This document shows positions 61,803 to 64,000 of a stretch of DNA of 64,000 bases, in pieces (position 1 is the stretch's first letter; every line of letters starts with the position of its first letter). The notes beneath the pieces are model-generated. The model worked only from the letters and a program-made list of their open reading frames with translations. It made no database searches and was not told where the DNA came from. The stretch covers positions 128,001 through 192,000 of the forward strand of contig CAWBHS010000110.1 of the NCBI GenBank assembly GCA_963788655.1. The letters are read 5' to 3'. The position numbers were made by a program, and so were the translations under genes. Source of the DNA: an uncultured Verrucomicrobiae bacterium (GTDB lineage: Bacteria > Verrucomicrobiota > Verrucomicrobiia > Limisphaerales > JAFGQR01).

Positions 61803-64000
61803 TTACGGCATTTGGGGTGTGACTATTCGATAAAAGCGGGTTGGAGTGGCTAACCGTAGCGTCGGTAACGTCCACCGGACCAGTGCTGGTCGGGGCCGGC
61901 ACGTCGGCGAGTTTCAGCCACGAACCGGCCAGCGAATCGCGAAACTGCACCGTGTAGGTCTTACCGGCCACGGCTTCGAATTGCAGGACGTTCGTAGAAC
62001 CGTCCGGCGCTTCAAAGATTACCTTGAGATAACTGGCCGCGTTGGTCGGATTGGTGCCGGCGCGGTACTCGTTCAGGTTCGACATTCCGTCGCCGTCGGA
62101 GTCCAGCGCACCGTCGTCGGCGTTCGCTGGATTCAATCCGAACATGTTCTCCCAGTCGTCCGGCACGTGGTCCCCGTCGGTGTCGGCCACCACGGTGATG
62201 CTCACCAGCGAGCTGCCCAGGCCCAAGCCGGTGGTCGCGGCGTTGCGCACGGCCACGCGATACTTCGTGGTTTCCTGAACGTTGGTGATCGTATAACTGT
62301 CACTCGGCTCGTTGACCACATTGGTCCAGACGGGCGTGGAGAGTTGACGCCATTCATACGTCACGGGCAACGTGGCGTTGTGATCGACCACTACCGAGAG
62401 CGTGACGTTGTCGCCCTTGACCACACTCTGCGCCTGCGGATTCACCACGATGGTCGGCTTGACCAGCATCTTGAGGGTCCACGGTAGGCTGGTCGCGCTG
62501 CTGGTGGCGTCGGAAAGGTCCACGGTGTAGGCTCCAGCTTGCTCCGGTTGGACGTTGTCCAGTCGCAACGTGGCAGTCGTGGCGCCGGAAATGCCATTGC
62601 CGTCGGTCAGGAGCGCGCCGCTGAATCGCCATTGGTACGTGAGCGGACCATTACCGCTGGCGGTCACGGGGAAGGTGACGTTCGCGCCAACGTCGGCAAA
62701 CACGTCCGTCGGTGGAGCAAGCACTTCCAGCGGGAGGACCACGTTCCAATTCGCCGGATCATCGCCGTATGATGCGAGGGTCGATTCGCACCAGCACGGC
62801 GCCACCGCCATCGGCAGCGGGCGGCCACGGCGCGTGATCCTCGTATTCGACCTGGTCCACGCGGAGGTATTGCACCCCGTTGGTTCCGGGCACGTCCGGG
62901 CGTTTGATTTCCACGGTGTCGCTATCGTTGTTCAATTTTCCGCCGTACGGTCCGAACAACGACGCGCCGGCCAACGTAATGTATCTGCTGCGGAAGGCTG
63001 CCACGGCCACGGGATCGTTGGGATCGAAGTTGGCCAGCACGAGTGAACCATTGGCGGGGAGCGTCACGCCAGTCGGGAAGTCGAAGTTCACGCCGCCGCG
63101 CAGATGCCAGGTGTTGGTCGGAAACGCCGGATCGAACAACGGCACCGGAGCGGACGTGAAGTTCACCAGTTCGATGAATTCGTCCGCGGCATTGTCGAGG
63201 CCGCCGGGCAAGTCCGGCGGATGATACATGATCTGGCGAATGACCACGGGCCCGATCACCGGACCGGCATTGGTGGCGCCGAGAGTGTTAGCGGTTTGCA
63301 GTTCGAGTTTCTCGTCCCCGGAGGCGCTGACATATCGGCCAATGGTCACGCCGACCGGCGAGGCGTCGAAGTTGAAACCATGGCTGTAACCAGTCAGGTT
63401 GCCGCTGCTGTCACCGGACAACAAATACACCTGCTCGCCACCCGAACTGAGCGCAAAGCTGCCGTTGGTGCCGGGCGTGGAATTGAAGTTTGTTTCCGAC
63501 AACACCAGGTAGCCGCCGGCTGGAATCGTGGTGCCCGCCGGAATCTGATATTTTTGCGGCAAACTTGCATCGTCCGTGAGCCACCAACCCCCAATGTCCG
63601 CGAGCGTTTCGCTGGGATTGTAGAGTTCGATGCTGTCCACTTCCGGCGGCGCGGAGTTGGCCAGGATTTCATTGATGACAATGGGCGGAATTGACGGCGC
63701 TGGATCGTCCGCGCCCGGCGAACCGCCCGGATTCGTGCTGGCGCGCCAATTGTCCGGTGACCCGGGATTCGGACCTGCATTGGGATCTTTCGGCACCAAC
63801 GAGAAGCCGAAGCCCGCCGCGGTGATCGGCCATCTGCCGCGGTTGTTGTAACTGAATGACAGGACCGTGCCACCCAGCGGATGCGCAATCGCGATTCGCT
63901 CCCCGGCATTGTCGAGCTTGCCGGTGTAAACGCCGTTGACGGTCAAGCCCGGATATTTGCTGGCGAGCGCTCCGGGCTCCCGTCCCAACACAAAGAACTG
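61803..64000 (-). CDS. Large secreted protein, 5'-truncated by the window: lamin-tail domains, Ig-like domains, Asp-rich Ca-binding repeats, C-terminal FYRIVTP domain (frameshifts near 62790 and 61840)
   Basis: IVINEILAN...IELYN and VVIRQIMYHP...EFIELVN lamin-tail motifs; LTYQWR..G.Y.V Ig motif; DTDGD.VPD.WE and DSDGDGMSN..EY.AGTNP; shifted frame ends RFYRIVTPQMP with stop at 61803. Confidence 0.8.

Overview
GC-rich bacterial chromosomal segment. Gene content and protein style suggest Verrucomicrobiota, probably Pedosphaera/Limisphaera-like (inference, not tested). It holds mostly core and carbohydrate-use genes: uxaC, araB-araD-GH51, hom-thrC, hrpB-hrpA, a partial complex I operon (nuoA-B-C-D-I), MATE, pilT-sppA-upp, deoC, vapBC, proS, rplU-rpmA-obgE, an NtrC-family regulator, fba, a GH10 xylanase, trpF and two large secreted proteins. 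Many conserved genes, including the essential proS, are broken by frameshifts that look like long-read or polishing errors rather than pseudogenisation. Intergenic DNA is crowded with at least 7 REP/REPIN-like palindrome families plus short-period repeat hairpins. I saw no CRISPR, rRNA, tRNA, intact transposase, reverse transcriptase or prophage. The best candidate for an undescribed system is at 1.5-6.6 kb: a sigma-28-type promoter precedes a flagellin homologue that seems to have lost its D0 polymerisation helices, followed by a small FlgM-like protein and an output-less PAS-kinase/receiver cluster, with no other flagellar genes in the window. Other leads are a CreD-like membrane protein fused to a large beta-rich domain, a shared C-terminal FYRIVTP domain on tandem secreted proteins, a degenerate Fic-like protein, and inverted copies of a ~170-bp element flanking hrpB. 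All family calls are from motif recognition; no searches were run.
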